The position numbers and the translations under genes were made by a program. A stretch of DNA of 38,612 bases from Candidatus Iainarchaeum sp. (lineage in GTDB: Archaea > Iainarchaeota > Iainarchaeia > Iainarchaeales > DTGL01), in contig JAFCFP010000007.1 in the NCBI GenBank assembly GCA_017608575.1, positions 1 through 38,612 on the forward strand. The letters run 5' to 3'. The notes under the pieces were generated by a model. It saw only the letters and a list, made by a program, of their open reading frames with translations. It had not been told where the DNA came from and did no database searches. Positions 35,866 to 38,612 of the stretch are shown one piece after another (position 1 is the first letter of the stretch; each line of letters begins with the position of its first letter).

Positions 35866-36861
35866 TTAAATGAATTCAAATTCGTTCATTTCCTTTTTTT
35901 TCAGCATTATTTCGAGTTCAACGGCACTAATTAATGGCTTCTTCCAATTCATTGCATCATCAATTGAAATCCTTGGACAAGCAGTGTTCACATAACAGTC
36001 AATGTTCAAGCCGCTTAACTTGTTTTCATTGATTGAATCCCCAGCCAAAATGAAAGCTTGTTTGCCGTGGCTTTCAATTAATTGCTTTAATTGAAAAGCC
36101 TTTCCGATTGCCAGTTGCCCGAGCTTTGAGCTTACAAGAATTCCATAGGTTTTTGCATTTGTTGCCTTTGCAATTATGCCCATTCTTTTTCTCAAAAACA
36201 ATTCCCTTTCCTTTTCATTGAATTTTTTAATGCTTTCATTAAGTGGGTTTACCAAAAACAATGGCTTGTTTGAAACAAAAGACACTCCAAGCGGGTGAAA
36301 TACACCATCTCCAAAGAAAACAAAGGCATCCACTTTGCTTTTGAGTTTTTTTGCCGCGAAAACATCGCATCCCAGAATTTGGCCGGTTTGAGTGCGTTTT
36401 CCTTTTTCCATTTTAACACTGAAACCGTTTTTTTCAAGGATTTTTTTTATTTCACCCAAGCTCTCCAAGAATTGAGCAGTTGAAACAATTCCTATTTTTT
36501 TAAATTTGTCTTTTTTCAGTCTTTTTGCGGTTTTTTTTGCTATTCTTTCAAGTGATTCTTTTGGAATGGAATACTTTACTGGAACATAAACCGTATTATT
36601 ATATTTGAACATTTCAGTGTGCCCAAAATGCAGTATGAGGTCAGCGTTGAATTCCTCTAATTCATCCATTGGAATATCACAAGCACCATAACACGGATCA
36701 ATCATTACAATTGCTTTGGCTCCAGTGTTTTTTTCAATTTTTTCAGCCAACAGGGTGGCTTTTTCTTTAAGCCCTTCGGGTAACTGCAATATTACCTTTT
36801 TTGCCTTTTTGCTTTTAATTGCATTGAGTGACTTGTTCAAGTCAATTTCAAGGCTTGCCAT
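35866..36861 (-). CDS. dph2: Diphthamide biosynthesis enzyme Dph2
   Basis: LQLPEGLK, PCYGACD, HFGH, GQILGCD, FHP and TACPRI, giving the three Fe-S cysteines. Confidence 0.95.
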   Translation of the reverse strand: MASLEIDLNKSLNAIKSKKAKKVILQLPEGLKEKATLLAEKIEKNTGAKAIVMIDPCYGACDIPMDELEEFNADLILHFGHTEMFKYNNTVYVPVKYSIPKESLERIAKKTAKRLKKDKFKKIGIVSTAQFLESLGEIKKILEKNGFSVKMEKGKRTQTGQILGCDVFAAKKLKSKVDAFVFFGDGVFHPLGVSFVSNKPLFLVNPLNESIKKFNEKERELFLRKRMGIIAKATNAKTYGILVSSKLGQLAIGKAFQLKQLIESHGKQAFILAGDSINENKLSGLNIDCYVNTACPRISIDDAMNWKKPLISAVELEIMLKKKEMNEFEFI

Positions 36862-36912
36862 ATAAGAATTTGCCAGCGCAAAAATTAAAAAAAGAGTTTC
36901 CAAGCTTGTGCT

Positions 36913-38612
36913 TTATGGCCTGCGGAGGCTTTCAAGAATCATTGCCTTTTCTTCAAGCAATGCAACACGCTTTATTTCTTCAACAGCATCAATGTTTGCG
37001 CTCACTGAATCAATGCCCATTCTTATCAGTTTTTTAACCATTTCCGGATTGCTTGCAGCTTGCCCGCAAATGGATGTTTTAACGCCTGCTTTTTTGCATT
37101 TTTTTATCACTCTTTCAATAAGCCTCAGTACAGCGGGATGCATTTCAGAGAAATGCTTTTGAATGCGTTCATTGTTTCTGTCAATTCCAAGAGTTAGCTG
37201 TGTTAAATCATTCGTTCCAAATGAAATGAATTTAATTCCTGTTTCAATCAATTCCTCAATCGTCATTGCTGCAGCGGGTGTTTCAACCATTACCCCGAAT
37301 TCAACCTTTCCATTCTGTGGATCAAGCCCTGTTTTTCTTGCTATTTCCATTGCCTTTCTTACCTCCTCTGCTGAAATAACAAAAGGCAGCATTATTCCAA
37401 TGTTTTCATGGCCTTTTTCTGTGAGTTTTTTTATAGCCAAAAACTGTGCTTTTAATAATTCCGGTTCATCCAAGTCTCTGCGAATTCCATGCCATCCAAT
37501 CATTGGGTTTTCTTCCACTGGTTCTTTTTCTCCGCCTTTAAGGTTTCTGTATTCATCGCTTCTTGCATCAAACGTCCTATACCAAACAGGCTTGCCTTTG
37601 AATTTTGACACAACCTTTTCTATTCCCTCTTTTACTGCCTGCACTAATTCGTCCTCTCGCCCCATTCTAATGAATTCCGCTGGATGCATTCCGCTTGAAG
37701 TAATCATGTGTTCTGCCCTAAGCAAACCAACGCCGTCAGCGCCTGTTTTTGCAGCATTTTCCGCTGCCTCAGGCAATGCAACATTCACTTTTACTTTAAT
37801 GGCAATTTCCTGAAGCAATTGTTTCAATTTTTCCTCTTCTTCCTTGATTTCTTGCTCTGGCATTTCTTCGGCTTTTTTTTCACCGTATTTTTCAATTATT
37901 TCCCATGCCTTTTCTTCGTGTTCGAGTATTTTTTCTCTTTCCTCTTCAGCGCGTTCAATTTTTTCAGTTTCTTCTTTTGCTTTTTCGTTTAACAGTTTTT
38001 CCCTCAGTTTTTCTCTTTCCTTTTTTTCCTCTTTTATTTGCCTAACCATTCCTTTTATGCCGGCTCCTCTTGGAACAAGCGGCACTATTTTTCCAATTTT
38101 TTTCAATGGAATTTTTTTCTTTTTCTTTTCATTGAGTTCTATTTTGATTGCTTCTTCAAGGAAGTCCACTTCTTTGAGTTTTATTATTTTTTCAACCCTT
38201 TTTTCAGGCATGTCAATTTTTACTTCCCCTTTGTACACAAAACCAGTGTAGCCATTCACTGTAACTAGTTGGCCGTCTTTCAGTTTCTTTGTTGCATTGC
38301 TTGTTCCAACAACACAGGGAATTCCCAATTCCCTGCTTACTATTGCTGCATGGCATGTTGTACCACCTTCATCTGTTACAATTGCACTGCTTTTTTTCAT
38401 TATTGGAACCCAGTCAGGGTTAGTCATTTTTGTTACAAGAACACCGCCTTCTTTTACTTTTCCAATGTCTTTTGTTGTGGGTACAATCATTACCCTGCCG
38501 GAAGCGATTCCCGGCGAAGCAGCAAGACCATCAGCCAAAACAGGTGCATCAATTTCCCCTGTTTTCTGCCTTCGTTCTTTTTCCATTTCCACTTTTTCTT
38601 TCAAGCCAAGAG
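36913..38612 (-). CDS. ppsA: Phosphoenolpyruvate synthase, C-terminal part (frame open to window end)
   Basis: ASPG, GGTTCHAAIVSRELG (phospho-His), GVGLLRAE, ENPMIGWHGIRR, MVETP, SFGTNDLTQ and SICGQA. Confidence 0.93.
   Translation of the reverse strand, partial: LGLKEKVEMEKERRQKTGEIDAPVLADGLAASPGIASGRVMIVPTTKDIGKVKEGGVLVTKMTNPDWVPIMKKSSAIVTDEGGTTCHAAIVSRELGIPCVVGTSNATKKLKDGQLVTVNGYTGFVYKGEVKIDMPEKRVEKIIKLKEVDFLEEAIKIELNEKKKKKIPLKKIGKIVPLVPRGAGIKGMVRQIKEEKKEREKLREKLLNEKAKEETEKIERAEEEREKILEHEEKAWEIIEKYGEKKAEEMPEQEIKEEEEKLKQLLQEIAIKVKVNVALPEAAENAAKTGADGVGLLRAEHMITSSGMHPAEFIRMGREDELVQAVKEGIEKVVSKFKGKPVWYRTFDARSDEYRNLKGGEKEPVEENPMIGWHGIRRDLDEPELLKAQFLAIKKLTEKGHENIGIMLPFVISAEEVRKAMEIARKTGLDPQNGKVEFGVMVETPAAAMTIEELIETGIKFISFGTNDLTQLTLGIDRNNERIQKHFSEMHPAVLRLIERVIKKCKKAGVKTSICGQAASNPEMVKKLIRMGIDSVSANIDAVEEIKRVALLEEKAMILESLRRP

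Noticed and set aside
208-38268. Many antisense or overlapping ORFs in the track (e.g. 6797-7501, 16796-17389, 37163-37813, 37844-38251)
   Set aside because: They are shadows of well-supported genes on the opposite strand, Ser/Phe-rich, with no motifs.
1-38612. Genome-wide reassignment of UGA to Cys, Trp or Gly
   Set aside because: TGA ends many genes at their natural C-termini (pheS, rnz, lonB, rpoL with ATGA overlap, PCNA1 after APRIETE, PAC2, S-layer), and no other gene shows an internal TGA. Any recoding must be site-specific.
1-38612. CRISPR arrays, tRNA/rRNA genes, IS elements, inteins
   Set aside because: No regularly spaced repeats, cloverleafs, transposase motifs or intein splice motifs were seen, and intergenic gaps are short.

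Overview
Gene-dense, low-GC archaeal chromosomal segment. It is probably from a DPANN lineage such as Ca. Iainarchaeota/Diapherotrites; this is inferred from the separate PriS and PriL, the S-layer type and the gene order. Contents are mostly housekeeping: pheST, nob1, rnz, lonB, csl4-rpoL, a replication/translation cluster (RPA3-like, two divergent PCNA paralogs, priL, priS, gins15, rps27e, aIF2-alpha, PAC2), EndoQ, AmrS, a large S-layer gene beside N-glycosylation genes, truD, aRF1, pyrH, dph2 and a partial ppsA. No tRNA, rRNA, CRISPR array or transposase was recognised. The most striking observation is in the release factor aRF1 gene, which has an in-frame TGA exactly where the first Cys of its second zinc-ribbon CxxC pair belongs. 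The frame then runs on for 57 codons to the canonical GFGGIGAILRF C-terminus, although TGA is an ordinary and very common stop elsewhere in the window. This suggests site-specific stop-codon recoding of the release factor itself (autoregulatory readthrough, or Sec/Cys insertion), unless it is a sequencing error. Other notable points are two PCNAs separated by a 3-gene metabolic block containing a type II pantothenate kinase, a structured S-layer 5' leader, a ~140-aa charged insertion in PpsA and an A16 tract inside truD.
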